NCBI GenBank assembly: GCA_046583355.1
Contig: JAYGCM010000021.1
Coordinates: 1 to 27,305 of the forward strand
Source: Deltaproteobacteria bacterium
GTDB taxonomy: Bacteria; Desulfobacterota; Binatia; UBA12015
Length of the DNA stretch: 27,305 bases
Direction of reading: 5' to 3'
The stretch's first letter is position 1. The number at the start of each line of letters is the position of its first letter. Shown one piece after another: positions 7,820 to 16,392 of the stretch. Position numbers and translations under genes: made by a program. Under the pieces are notes generated by a model. It made no database searches and had not been told where the DNA came from. It saw nothing but the letters and a program-made list of their open reading frames with translations.

Positions 7820-7836
7820 TTGGCGCGCTTCGTGCG
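7820..7836 (+). promoter_or_regulatory. Putative sigma-54 (-24/-12) promoter
   Basis: TTGGCGCGCTTCGTGCG has exact GG-N10-GC spacing and resembles YTGGCACG-N4-TTGC. It lies 60 nt upstream of ATG 7896. Confidence 0.55.
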
Positions 7837-7895
7837 ATAGCTTGCGGGAGCGGCGCTGTGCCGCGTCCCCAATCTGCTCATCAGGAGGAAACCCC

Positions 7896-9929
7896 ATGTC
7901 CAATCCCACGATCGTGCGTGCCGCTCTCGTTTTTGCCATAGCCGCCCTCATCATGCCGGCCCGCGCTGGCGCATCCGAGGCGCGTTGCGCCTCCGATATG
8001 CAGAAGGAGTATGGGAAGTATTATTCCTGCGCTCTGAAAGAGCATGCGAAAGCGACGAAGAAGGGCGGCACTGCCGACCTGACCCGCTGCCAGGCCAAGC
8101 TCGACAAAAAACTCGACAAGCTCGAGGCAAAATACGGCACCGATTGCGTCAATGCCGACGCCGCGACCATCGCGGGAATCGCCGATCAATGTATTGGCGA
8201 TACGGCCGCGGTGGCCACCGGTTTGGAGCCGGTGCACCATGCTACCGGCGTTGTTTGTTCGCCCAATGCCCTGACGGCGGACCTGGCGACGCGGCCGAAA
8301 TTCTCGGCCAAGAACCCGCCGCAGGTGGAGTCGATGTCGCTCACACCGCTCGGCGGTGGCCTGGGTCTCTTCGAGATCCAGTTTGCCGACACACGCGATG
8401 GCTATTGCTTGCCTTCGCGGTTGGAACTCGACTTCGGCGACCGGGCCCCGGTGGTATTGGTCGCGCAGGATCGCGGCGCAACCTTCAGCGCCGAGGTCCG
8501 AATCGATTCCACGGAATGGAAAGAATACGAAAGCGCGCTGGCCGAGGCTGCCCGTGCGGCGGCTGGCGAGCAGCAGCCGGTCTTCGATGGTCGGGTTTTG
8601 CGCGAGCAGCGACTCGACGCCAGTGCGCCGATTGACCTGAGCGCCGAAGCCGTGCTCAGGTCGATCGCTCTGCCGCTCCAGCCGATCGTGCCGCCGTTTA
8701 TCGTCGACGCCGAGCGCACCCTGATGGTGACCGATGTTTCGGTTGTCGAGGACCCGGCGCGTACCTTCGATCCTTGCGACCCGGTCGGCACGCCGATGGG
8801 CCCCTGGACCTTCGGTTATCTGATGCAAGAGATGGCGAATCAGCCTCTCACCGGCATCGCGCCGACCGATCTGGTGCTGGATTGGATGGACCAATGGACG
8901 ACGGTGCAGACGGTGAACGGGATGAATATCCCCGCACGCGTAGCGATGCAGAATATCATCGACCGCTGGTTGGTCGATAGCGCAGCGACCGGCACGCCTC
9001 CGGGGCAGCTGGATCTTTCGATTGCGCCCTTTCGCCTGATGGCGATCGTCAATCGTGTCGATCTGCGGAATAACGCCAGCTACGGCGGCGGCAATTGCGG
9101 CGAGGGACGTTTCGTCTTTGGCGTGCTCAACACCGATACCTGCCAGCCGATGCGCTTTACCGTGATCTTCGAATACGGCGTCAATATGACGACCTGCCGC
9201 TCGTGCCGGAAGTACGCTGGCAAATGGCTCGATCTGCAAACCCACCCGCTGGGCTCACCGGCGTATCTGAGCAGCCTCGAGGCCCTGACGCATGTTTTCA
9301 GTGACGCCAACACCAACCCGGGCAAGCCCAACGGCAACTCGATCAACCAGATCCGCACCAACGAGATTGCGATCGGGTCTCCGTGGGAAATGCGTGAATT
9401 CAATCTCGACACGACGGGATTCCTCGGCCATGTGACGAACAAGCAGAACCCGCGTGAGGACTTCAACTTCACCCCGGCCCTGGCGAATTGGGTCAACGCG
9501 AATGCGGTTGATATCTGCGCTGGCAACTATACAGTTCCCGACACCCTCGGAGGGACACCCTTCCTGGCCGCCCACGTCCCCTATCCTTTCGGCGCGTTCT
9601 TTGACGGCCCGGCGGGGGCAGCCTCGATTCCGGATCGCTGCGCACGCTTCCAGCTCTCGATCAATTCGTGCAGCGGTTGCCACGCGGGCGAGACCGCGAC
9701 GGTCTTCACGCATGTCGGTGATTCCGGCCGCCGCTTCCTCGGCTCACCGGCTCAGCTCTCGGCCTTCCTGACCGGCGCGGCGCCGCCCAACCCGGTCGCC
9801 GACCCGGCCGATGGCGCTCCCTTCCGCGCCTTCAACGACCTGGCGCGCCGCCAGATCGACCTCTGGCAGGCAGCCCATGTGCCTTGCTTGCCGACGCTGG
9901 CCTTCAAGCCACTCAAGATGGTGCATTAG
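7896..9929 (+). CDS. Large secreted protein of unknown function with Cys-pinned helical N-domain and a single C-terminal CxxCH heme-c motif
   Basis: AGGAGG RBS precedes ATG 7896. Sec-type signal peptide ending in ARA/AGA. Conserved-looking blocks APFRLMAIVNRVDL, GEGRFVFG, FTVIFEY, QIRTNE, WEMREF and NSCSGCH. The upstream extension to 7530 in the track is judged non-coding. Confidence 0.8.
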   Translation: MSNPTIVRAALVFAIAALIMPARAGASEARCASDMQKEYGKYYSCALKEHAKATKKGGTADLTRCQAKLDKKLDKLEAKYGTDCVNADAATIAGIADQCIGDTAAVATGLEPVHHATGVVCSPNALTADLATRPKFSAKNPPQVESMSLTPLGGGLGLFEIQFADTRDGYCLPSRLELDFGDRAPVVLVAQDRGATFSAEVRIDSTEWKEYESALAEAARAAAGEQQPVFDGRVLREQRLDASAPIDLSAEAVLRSIALPLQPIVPPFIVDAERTLMVTDVSVVEDPARTFDPCDPVGTPMGPWTFGYLMQEMANQPLTGIAPTDLVLDWMDQWTTVQTVNGMNIPARVAMQNIIDRWLVDSAATGTPPGQLDLSIAPFRLMAIVNRVDLRNNASYGGGNCGEGRFVFGVLNTDTCQPMRFTVIFEYGVNMTTCRSCRKYAGKWLDLQTHPLGSPAYLSSLEALTHVFSDANTNPGKPNGNSINQIRTNEIAIGSPWEMREFNLDTTGFLGHVTNKQNPREDFNFTPALANWVNANAVDICAGNYTVPDTLGGTPFLAAHVPYPFGAFFDGPAGAASIPDRCARFQLSINSCSGCHAGETATVFTHVGDSGRRFLGSPAQLSAFLTGAAPPNPVADPADGAPFRAFNDLARRQIDLWQAAHVPCLPTLAFKPLKMVH

Positions 9930-9933
9930 GCGC

Positions 9934-9970
9934 CACCGCCCCGGGCCTCGATTGGAGGTCCGGGGCGGTG
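9934..9970 (+). terminator. GC-rich hairpin after the secreted protein gene (no U-tract)
   Basis: CACCGCCCCGGGCCTC-GATTG-GAGGTCCGGGGCGGTG forms a 16-bp stem with one G-U pair, starting 5 nt after the stop. Confidence 0.6.
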
Positions 9971-10020
9971 CTCGTTAGGGATTCGGTCATGGCAGAGTTT
10001 TCTGCCCAGGAGGAATGAAG

Positions 10021-10389
10021 ATGATCGGATACGTTACGATCGGCACGACCGATATGGAAAAATCAAAGGCATTCTGGCTTGCGGCGCTCGAGCCCCTCGG
10101 TGCGAAGTTGCTGATGGATATCGGCCGCATCGCCTTCATCGGCGAGAGCATGGAGAAGCCGATCCTCGCACCCTGTCTTCCCTATGATGAGAAGGATCAG
10201 AGCCCGGGCAACGGTAATATGATCGCGCTGGCCTGCAAGTCGACTGAACAGGTCGACGCGCTTTATGCGAAGGTCATCGAACTCGGCGCCGCCGACGAAG
10301 GTGCCCCCGGCGAGCGCATGCCGGGTTTCTATGGCGCGTATTTTCGCGACCTCGATGGCAATAAGGCCGTCTTCTTCAAGATGGGCTGA
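10021..10389 (+). CDS. VOC/glyoxalase family protein
   Basis: MIGYVTIGTTDMEKSKAFW...GNGNMIAL...GAADEGAPGER..FYGAYFRDLDGNK. AGGAGG spacing favours ATG 10021 over 10015. Confidence 0.9.
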   Translation: MIGYVTIGTTDMEKSKAFWLAALEPLGAKLLMDIGRIAFIGESMEKPILAPCLPYDEKDQSPGNGNMIALACKSTEQVDALYAKVIELGAADEGAPGERMPGFYGAYFRDLDGNKAVFFKMG

Positions 10390-10398
10390 CGCGCGTCG

Positions 10399-11373
10399 AT
10401 GACGCGCGCGATTCGTTTCGATGGGCACGGCGGGCCGGAAGTTCTGCGGCTCGTCGAGGTCGATCTGCCGCAGCCGGGCGAGGGCGAGGCTCTCGTCCGG
10501 CATACGGCGATCGGCGTCAATTATATCGACACCTACCACCGCTCGGGGCTCTACCCGAAGCCGCTGCCGGCCGGCCTGGGTGTCGAGGCGGCCGGCGTCG
10601 TGGAGGCGCTGGGGCCGGGTGTGGCCGGCGTGGCCGTGGGCACGCGGGTTGCCTATGTAGGTGGCTCGGGTGCGTCCTACTCTGACGCCGCCGTGGTGCC
10701 GGCGGCCGGGTTGGTCGCCTTGCCGGATTCCATCACGGACCAAACGGCTGCGGGCATGATGCTCAAGGGCCTCACGGTCGAGATGTTGCTCGAGCGTATC
10801 GGCAAGCTGAGCCGGGGCGATACCATTTTGCTGCATGCCGCCTCGGGCGGTGTGGGTCTGATCGCCTGTGCCTGGGCGCGCCATCTCGGGGTGATCACGA
10901 TCGGCACGGTGGGCTCGGCGGCCAAGGCCGAACTCGCCGCGGCTGCCGGCTGCACGCATACGGTATTGTACCGCGATGAGAATTTCGTCGAGCGCGTGCG
11001 TGAAATCACGGCGGGTGCTGGCGTCAAGGTTGTTTACGACTCGGTAGGCAAGGATGTATTTGAGGACTCGCTCGATTGTCTCGAGCCGCGTGGCCTGCTC
11101 GCGACCTTCGGCAACGCTTCGGGCCAGCCGCCGGCCGTCGCCCCGGCCACGCTTGCCGCCAAAGGCTCCCTCTTCGTGACCCGCCCCACACTCTTCGCGT
11201 ATATCGCGGACCCCGAAGAGTTGCGCCTCGCCGCCGCGCGCCTCTTTGAGTTGGTCACCGGCGATATTCTGCCAATTGACGTTCGCCATCGTTATCCGCT
11301 GGCCGAGGCAGCGCAGGCGCATCGGGACCTCGAAGGCCGCCGTACCAGCGGCTCTATTATTCTGGTGCCCTGA
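10399..11373 (+). CDS. qor: NADPH:quinone oxidoreductase (zeta-crystallin/MDR family)
   Basis: Motifs GGPEVL, AIGVNYIDTYHRSGLYP, LGVEAAG, HAASGGVG, VVYDSVG, GSLFVTRPTL and AHRDLEGRRTSGS. Confidence 0.92.
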   Translation: MTRAIRFDGHGGPEVLRLVEVDLPQPGEGEALVRHTAIGVNYIDTYHRSGLYPKPLPAGLGVEAAGVVEALGPGVAGVAVGTRVAYVGGSGASYSDAAVVPAAGLVALPDSITDQTAAGMMLKGLTVEMLLERIGKLSRGDTILLHAASGGVGLIACAWARHLGVITIGTVGSAAKAELAAAAGCTHTVLYRDENFVERVREITAGAGVKVVYDSVGKDVFEDSLDCLEPRGLLATFGNASGQPPAVAPATLAAKGSLFVTRPTLFAYIADPEELRLAAARLFELVTGDILPIDVRHRYPLAEAAQAHRDLEGRRTSGSIILVP

Positions 11374-13557
11374 CTACTGCGCTGCGGCGTAGAAGGCAGG
11401 CTCGCGCCAGCCGGCGAGGTTGGTGGCCTCCTCGTAGAGGCCCTCGGCGGTGATCGTGAAGCGCAGCTCGATTGGCTGGCCGGCCTGCTGGCTCAGGTCG
11501 ATCGCGATGGGGATCCAGCGGCGGTCGCGGACCTCCAGGCGTGGGTGGAGACGAATCTGGCTGAGCGTGGCCCAGCCATGGGCCGTGCGCCGCTCGATGC
11601 GGAAGTCGAAAGGCCCGACGGGTGCGCCGAACCAGCGGTTGGGGTTCAGTCCGGCTTGGAGGCGCAGGATCGGCTGCTCGGCCGGCACCACCAGGTGCAA
11701 CGCGACGCCGCGCGGCGCAGCGGCGCTTTCGACGGGCTGATGTAGAACCTGGCCGAAGGGCCACGCATTTTGTGCAAAGGCATGCGGTGCCAGGGCGAGA
11801 AGCGGCGTCGCGGGTGCGGTCGGGCCGCGGCGCCGCAAGGCGGCGACGATGGGGCCAACGGGTTCGAGCGAGAAGATATGCTCGATCTCCCAATCGCGCA
11901 CCAGGTCGGCGTGGAACTCGGGTGCGATGGAGGCAAACGCGCCGAGATGGCCCCATTGCGAGATGCTGAAGAGCATATGGTTGACGTCACGTTGTTCGAG
12001 AGCTTCGCGCAAGACGCCGTCGCGCGCCGGGTTCTGTCCGGGCCAGATGACATGGTAGCCACCGACCGTCGCACGGCCGGAGAGAAAGACCAGCGCAGGC
12101 TGCGTCGGCCAGGAGGGCAGCGGCCGGTCGGTGGCGATATTCTGTTTCTGCCACGCGACAACGGCATCGATCAATGGGCCGTTTTGCCGGTCCGCGTAGA
12201 CCTGGCCGCGCTCGAAGGCCAGGTAATGGTCGAAGACGCGCCGCATATCGAGCACCATCGCCAGCGTGGAGGCAAGCAGAAGAATGAGGCCCGTATAGAG
12301 CAGGCCTGCGGCGGCGCGCGGGAGGAATGCGGGCCAGCGCGCCAGGGCTGCTTGGCCGGCCATCAATGCGGCGAGCAGTACGGGCGGGTAGATCATCATC
12401 AGATGCACCCAATCGCGCGGCTTGCTGAAGGCGGCCAGGAATCCGAGTCCGAGCGCGAGGACCAGCAATTGGCCGCGCATGGCCTCGGAGAGTCCTTCGC
12501 GGCGCGCCCTGGCGGCGCGCGCCAGCACGACGCAGGTGGCAAAGACGCCGAAGACCAGCGGCGACCAATAGACCAGCTTCAGCAGGATATCGAAGAGGGC
12601 GGTGTCTTCGTAGAGGCCACCGGTGTTGATATTGGCGGCAAAGCAGCCCGCGCAATCCTTCCACCAGAGCGTGGCCGGGAGTGAGGGGAAATAGCTACCG
12701 ATCTGTTGGCGCAGGCCGGTATCCTGCGCGAAGAAAGGCTGTAGGTCGGGCAGTAGCGTGTAGAATTGATCGTCAAACATGGAGATGGGGAAGAGAAGTG
12801 TTTGATGGAAGATCTGTTCGCCGGCACCGGCGTAGACGTAGACGCCGAGTACCGGAAGGGCGATGAGCAGGGCGCCGGCCGTGAGTTGCCAGGCCGGGCC
12901 GAGGGCTTCGCGCAGGCTCGGCCGCTTGCGGCCTTCGAGCCAGGGCAGGGCAAGCAGCAATAGGCCGAAGGCGATGGCGACCAGGCCGCCGTAGTTCTGC
13001 TTGGCGAGAACGCCGAGGCCGAGGAAGAAGCCGGCAAAAAGGCGCAGCCTGGAGGAGTCGCGGCGCAAAGCGTTGGCGAGGATGGCCGCAGCAACGAGAA
13101 GCAGCGCGGCCGAGACGGCGGAGTAGCTGTAGACCTGCCAATGCGGGAAGGACCAGACGCGCCAGCAGAGCAGGAAGACGACAAAGGCGAGAGCGGGACC
13201 GCGCGCCAGCGCCTCGCGGCTCACGCGGTAGGTCGCGGCGGTGTAAACGCCGAAGACGAGCATGGCGAGCCAGCGCGAGGCCAGTACGGAGGGCCCTGTT
13301 GCCCGGAACCAGGCTGCCAGAGTCTCGAAGGCCAGCGGCATGGGGCCATCAATATAAATATCTCGATAAAGCAGGTCGCCCCGGTTGATATCGGTCGCGA
13401 TGGCAAGGATATAGCCCTCGTCGAGCAGCCCCAGCCAGCGATCGAAAAAGGGCAATTGCCAGAGCACGGCCACGACGAAGACGAGAAGCGTCAGCCAGCC
13501 GTCTATCGCGTCGGGGCGTGCGGGAGCGCCAAGGGTGGGAGCGGTGGTCTTGTTCAT
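11374..13557 (-). CDS. Polytopic membrane protein, GT-C fold glycosyltransferase (ArnT/PMT, GT39/83-like)
   Basis: The DEG motif after TM1 is followed by LYRD..GP, many TM segments, LAKQNYG and a C-terminal extracytoplasmic domain. ATG 13557 overlaps the bluB stop (ATGA). Confidence 0.7.
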   Translation of the reverse strand: MNKTTAPTLGAPARPDAIDGWLTLLVFVVAVLWQLPFFDRWLGLLDEGYILAIATDINRGDLLYRDIYIDGPMPLAFETLAAWFRATGPSVLASRWLAMLVFGVYTAATYRVSREALARGPALAFVVFLLCWRVWSFPHWQVYSYSAVSAALLLVAAAILANALRRDSSRLRLFAGFFLGLGVLAKQNYGGLVAIAFGLLLLALPWLEGRKRPSLREALGPAWQLTAGALLIALPVLGVYVYAGAGEQIFHQTLLFPISMFDDQFYTLLPDLQPFFAQDTGLRQQIGSYFPSLPATLWWKDCAGCFAANINTGGLYEDTALFDILLKLVYWSPLVFGVFATCVVLARAARARREGLSEAMRGQLLVLALGLGFLAAFSKPRDWVHLMMIYPPVLLAALMAGQAALARWPAFLPRAAAGLLYTGLILLLASTLAMVLDMRRVFDHYLAFERGQVYADRQNGPLIDAVVAWQKQNIATDRPLPSWPTQPALVFLSGRATVGGYHVIWPGQNPARDGVLREALEQRDVNHMLFSISQWGHLGAFASIAPEFHADLVRDWEIEHIFSLEPVGPIVAALRRRGPTAPATPLLALAPHAFAQNAWPFGQVLHQPVESAAAPRGVALHLVVPAEQPILRLQAGLNPNRWFGAPVGPFDFRIERRTAHGWATLSQIRLHPRLEVRDRRWIPIAIDLSQQAGQPIELRFTITAEGLYEEATNLAGWREPAFYAAAQ

Positions 13558-14249
13558 CGCGCAATCAGGAAGCGTGAGGGGTCGCTGCGCTCTTCCCAGC
13601 CGGCGCGGGTGAGCTCGGGCGAGGGCGACTCTTCGGCCGGGTAGCCCATGCAGAGATAGGCAATGAAGCGCCAATGCGGTGGCACGTCGAGTGTGCGGAT
13701 CACATCTTTGGGCGCGAGAATGGAGACCCAGCCAAGGCCGACGTGGTGGGTGCGCGCGGCGAGCCAGAGCGTGTAGATCGCCATGACGGCGGAGTAGGGC
13801 ACGGTTTCGGGCATGCTGCGCCGGCCCAGGCCGTGTCCCTGCTCGGGGTCGGCGTCGGCGAAGACGGCCAAATGAACCGGCGCGGTCTCGAGCCCTTCGA
13901 GCTTGAGCCGCGCGTAGCGTTGGGCCTTCTCGCCCGAATAGGTGCCGAGTGCCTCAGCGTTGCACGACGCGAAGTTGTCGCGGATCTCGCGGCGCCGCCT
14001 CGGGTCGTCCACCAGCACGAAGCGCCAGGGTTCGCTCAGACCGACCGAGGGCGCGAGCCAGGCAAGGGAGATCAGCTCTTTGAGCAGGTTCTGCGGCACC
14101 GGGTCGGGCCGGAAACGCCGTACATCGCGGCGCCACACCAGCAATTCGAGGAAATGGCGCCGGAACGCGGCATCGAATTCGGGCGCATGCTCGGCGGGGC
14201 CGGGAAAGCGCAACAGGTCATCGGTCGGTGGTGCCATACTTCCCGTCAT
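13554..14249 (-). CDS. bluB: 5,6-dimethylbenzimidazole synthase
   Basis: Motifs WRRDVRRF, APSVGLSEPWRFV, YARLKLEGL, GLGRRSMPE, LWLAAR..GLGWVSIL and YLCMGYP. The start may be 14237. Confidence 0.92.
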   Translation of the reverse strand: MTGSMAPPTDDLLRFPGPAEHAPEFDAAFRRHFLELLVWRRDVRRFRPDPVPQNLLKELISLAWLAPSVGLSEPWRFVLVDDPRRRREIRDNFASCNAEALGTYSGEKAQRYARLKLEGLETAPVHLAVFADADPEQGHGLGRRSMPETVPYSAVMAIYTLWLAARTHHVGLGWVSILAPKDVIRTLDVPPHWRFIAYLCMGYPAEESPSPELTRAGWEERSDPSRFLIAR

Positions 14250-14318
14250 AAACCGCCGGCCAGAAAGTGCAACGACACGGGCGCGCCGCGCTGGAACCTT
14301 GGCGGCCCGGCCCGAAGT

Positions 14319-15254
14319 CTAATAGGTGAACTTCGCGAGGAGTTCGCTGAGATCCGATGCCATGCGCGAGAGATCTCCGGCCGAGGTCTGCGTCTCCGAG
14401 GCTCCTCGGGTGGTGCTATCGGCGGCCGTTGCGACGCCCGTGATGGTCTGAGCGATCTCCCCGGCACCCTTGGCCGCCTCGGTCACATTGCGCGTGATCT
14501 CATTGGTGGTGGTGGTCTGTTCTTCCACGGCCGCCGCAATGGTCGTCTGGAATTCGTTGATTCGGGCGATGATGCTGGAGATCTCGGCGATCGCCGCTAC
14601 GGAAAGCTGCGCGTCCTGTTGAATGGTCTGGATACGCTGGCTGATATCCTCGGTGGCACCGGCGGCAACGACCGCCAGGATTTGATTTACTTTCTGTTTG
14701 ACATCTTCGGCCTTGGCACGCTCGTGTTCCTGCATCTCCTCGGCGTGCTGCTCGGCTGCGAGCTTCTTCGTGATGATCTCCCAGGTCGTCATCGCGCCGA
14801 TATAGGTACCGTCGGCGCTGCGGACGGCGGTCACCAGCAGGTCGAGTTTTTCCGGGCCGACCTCGATTGTTTCCCGGTGGGGGAGGTTTTTCGGGTCGGC
14901 GACGATGCCTTTATGGCGAGCGGGGTTTTTGTGGAAAATATCGATAGATTGACCGACGATTTCGTCAGCGCGGATCGGCAGGTATTGCTCGATGCTTCTG
15001 AACGTCTCCAAGGAGGCCTTGTTCATATACCGGACGGTCCCGTCCAGGTCCGCACGGATCACCTGGATCGGCGCCGCTTCCAGCATCTGCTCGAATATCG
15101 GGGAGTCGTTGCTCTCCGGCGCCCCTTTTTTGATCACCGCGGCGCTTGGCGTATTCCTCTTGCGCGCTTTGCCCTTCCCTCGTCCCGCCCGAACGGCTCT
15201 CTCGCCTCGGACCGAGTGTGTCGTGCGCGCTTTTGCTGTTGTTTCTGTTGCCAT
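14319..15254 (-). CDS. Soluble Aer2-like PAS chemoreceptor with in-frame internal deletion (311 aa; possible pseudogene)
   Basis: GGGGGAGG RBS precedes ATG 15254. The PAS domain has YMN, SIDIFHKNP and a terminal W. It is followed only by the C-terminal arm of an MCP signalling domain (ATEDISQRI...AAAVEEQ..TTNEI...F). The NLLALNA.IEAARAG hairpin tip is absent. Confidence 0.8.
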   Translation of the reverse strand: MATETTAKARTTHSVRGERAVRAGRGKGKARKRNTPSAAVIKKGAPESNDSPIFEQMLEAAPIQVIRADLDGTVRYMNKASLETFRSIEQYLPIRADEIVGQSIDIFHKNPARHKGIVADPKNLPHRETIEVGPEKLDLLVTAVRSADGTYIGAMTTWEIITKKLAAEQHAEEMQEHERAKAEDVKQKVNQILAVVAAGATEDISQRIQTIQQDAQLSVAAIAEISSIIARINEFQTTIAAAVEEQTTTTNEITRNVTEAAKGAGEIAQTITGVATAADSTTRGASETQTSAGDLSRMASDLSELLAKFTY

Positions 15255-15303
15255 ACAAACCTCCCCCTTCGGACCCGCCCCGTAGGAGGCGCCCCTGCGA
15301 GGG

Positions 15304-15330
15304 AATACGGACCCTTTGCGCGCGACTTGA
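15304..15330 (-). promoter_or_regulatory. Possible sigma-28 (FliA) promoter for the chemoreceptor gene
   Basis: Minus strand TCAAG-N14-TCCGTATT resembles TCAAG/TAAAG-N14-GCCGATAA. It lies about 50 nt upstream of the ATG. Confidence 0.4.
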
Positions 15331-15422
15331 GGGGGCCGGCGGCTGCCAGGCCCGGAATTTTGGCTGGCGGCGAAGAAATTTCGCTCGTTGGTACCGGCTT
15401 TGGCTTGTGCGAAGATCGGCGG

Positions 15423-16358
15423 ATGGATCTGGTCCCCACGATTGATATCGGGTGTCCGGCGGCTGGCGAGTTGGCCGCCGTCGACGCTGCCTGCCGTGAC
15501 CATGGCTTCTTCTTGCTGCGCGGCCACGGGCTCGATGGGCTGGTCGAGCGCATGTGGCAGGAGACGCGTCGCTTCTTTGCCGCACCGCAGCACGTGAAGG
15601 AGAGCGTGCGGCGCAGCGAGAAGCAGCCGCTTGGTTTCTACGACCGCGAGCTCACCAAGCGCCGGCGCGATTGCAAAGAAGTTTTTGATTTTATGGAACC
15701 GGCCAGTGCCTTCGCCGCCACGCGCAACCGCTGGCCCGATGATCTGCCGGGTTTTCGCGAGACCCAAGACGAGTTCTTCTGCGCCTTCTCGAAGTTGGCC
15801 GTTCGGACCCTGGAACTCGTCCACCGCGCTCTTGGTGCGGCGCCCGATGCGGCTGCGGGTAGCCCATCGGCGAGTACGGTGCGGCTCAATTATTACCCGG
15901 TGGGCGACCCGGTTCCCGCGGGCGAGCGCGCCGCTTTGGCCGATCTGGGCGAGACAGCGCTGGGCTACCACACCGACCCGGGCGTGCTCACACTGCTCTT
16001 GCAGGACGATACCGGGGGCCTGCAGGCGCGTTCCCATGCCGATGGCTGGATCGATATTACGCCGAGTCCGGGGACGATCGTCGTAAACCTCGCTGATTCG
16101 CTGCAAGTCTGGAGCAACGACCGCTACCGGGCGGCCGTGCATCGCGTCGTGCCGATGACCGAGCAGGCGCGCTACAGCATCCCGTATTTCTTCAATCCAG
16201 CGATGGACGCGGTCATCGAGCCGATCGCTGGCCTGGGCGACGAGGCGCCGCGTTACCGGCCCTTTACCTGGCGCGAGTTCATCATGGCGCGGGCGCAGGA
16301 TAACTTCGCCGATCTGGCCGCCGAAGACACCCAGGCGAGCCATTACCGAATCGTTTGA
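15423..16358 (+). CDS. 2-oxoglutarate/Fe(II)-dependent oxygenase, isopenicillin N synthase family
   Basis: VPTIDI, ACRDHGFF, RLNYYP, HTD (HxD), GGLQ, NLADSLQVWSNDRY..VHRV and RYSIPYF (RxS). It is the real C-terminal part of track ORF 13674..16358. Confidence 0.92.
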   Translation: MDLVPTIDIGCPAAGELAAVDAACRDHGFFLLRGHGLDGLVERMWQETRRFFAAPQHVKESVRRSEKQPLGFYDRELTKRRRDCKEVFDFMEPASAFAATRNRWPDDLPGFRETQDEFFCAFSKLAVRTLELVHRALGAAPDAAAGSPSASTVRLNYYPVGDPVPAGERAALADLGETALGYHTDPGVLTLLLQDDTGGLQARSHADGWIDITPSPGTIVVNLADSLQVWSNDRYRAAVHRVVPMTEQARYSIPYFFNPAMDAVIEPIAGLGDEAPRYRPFTWREFIMARAQDNFADLAAEDTQASHYRIV

Positions 16359-16392
16359 GGCATAGCGGCGCCGGGTGCTAGCGGGAGAGGGT

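Noticed and set aside
7530..7895. Upstream extension of the 799-aa ORF
   Set aside because: It overlaps the previous gene and the promoter region. The strong RBS and signal peptide define ATG 7896.
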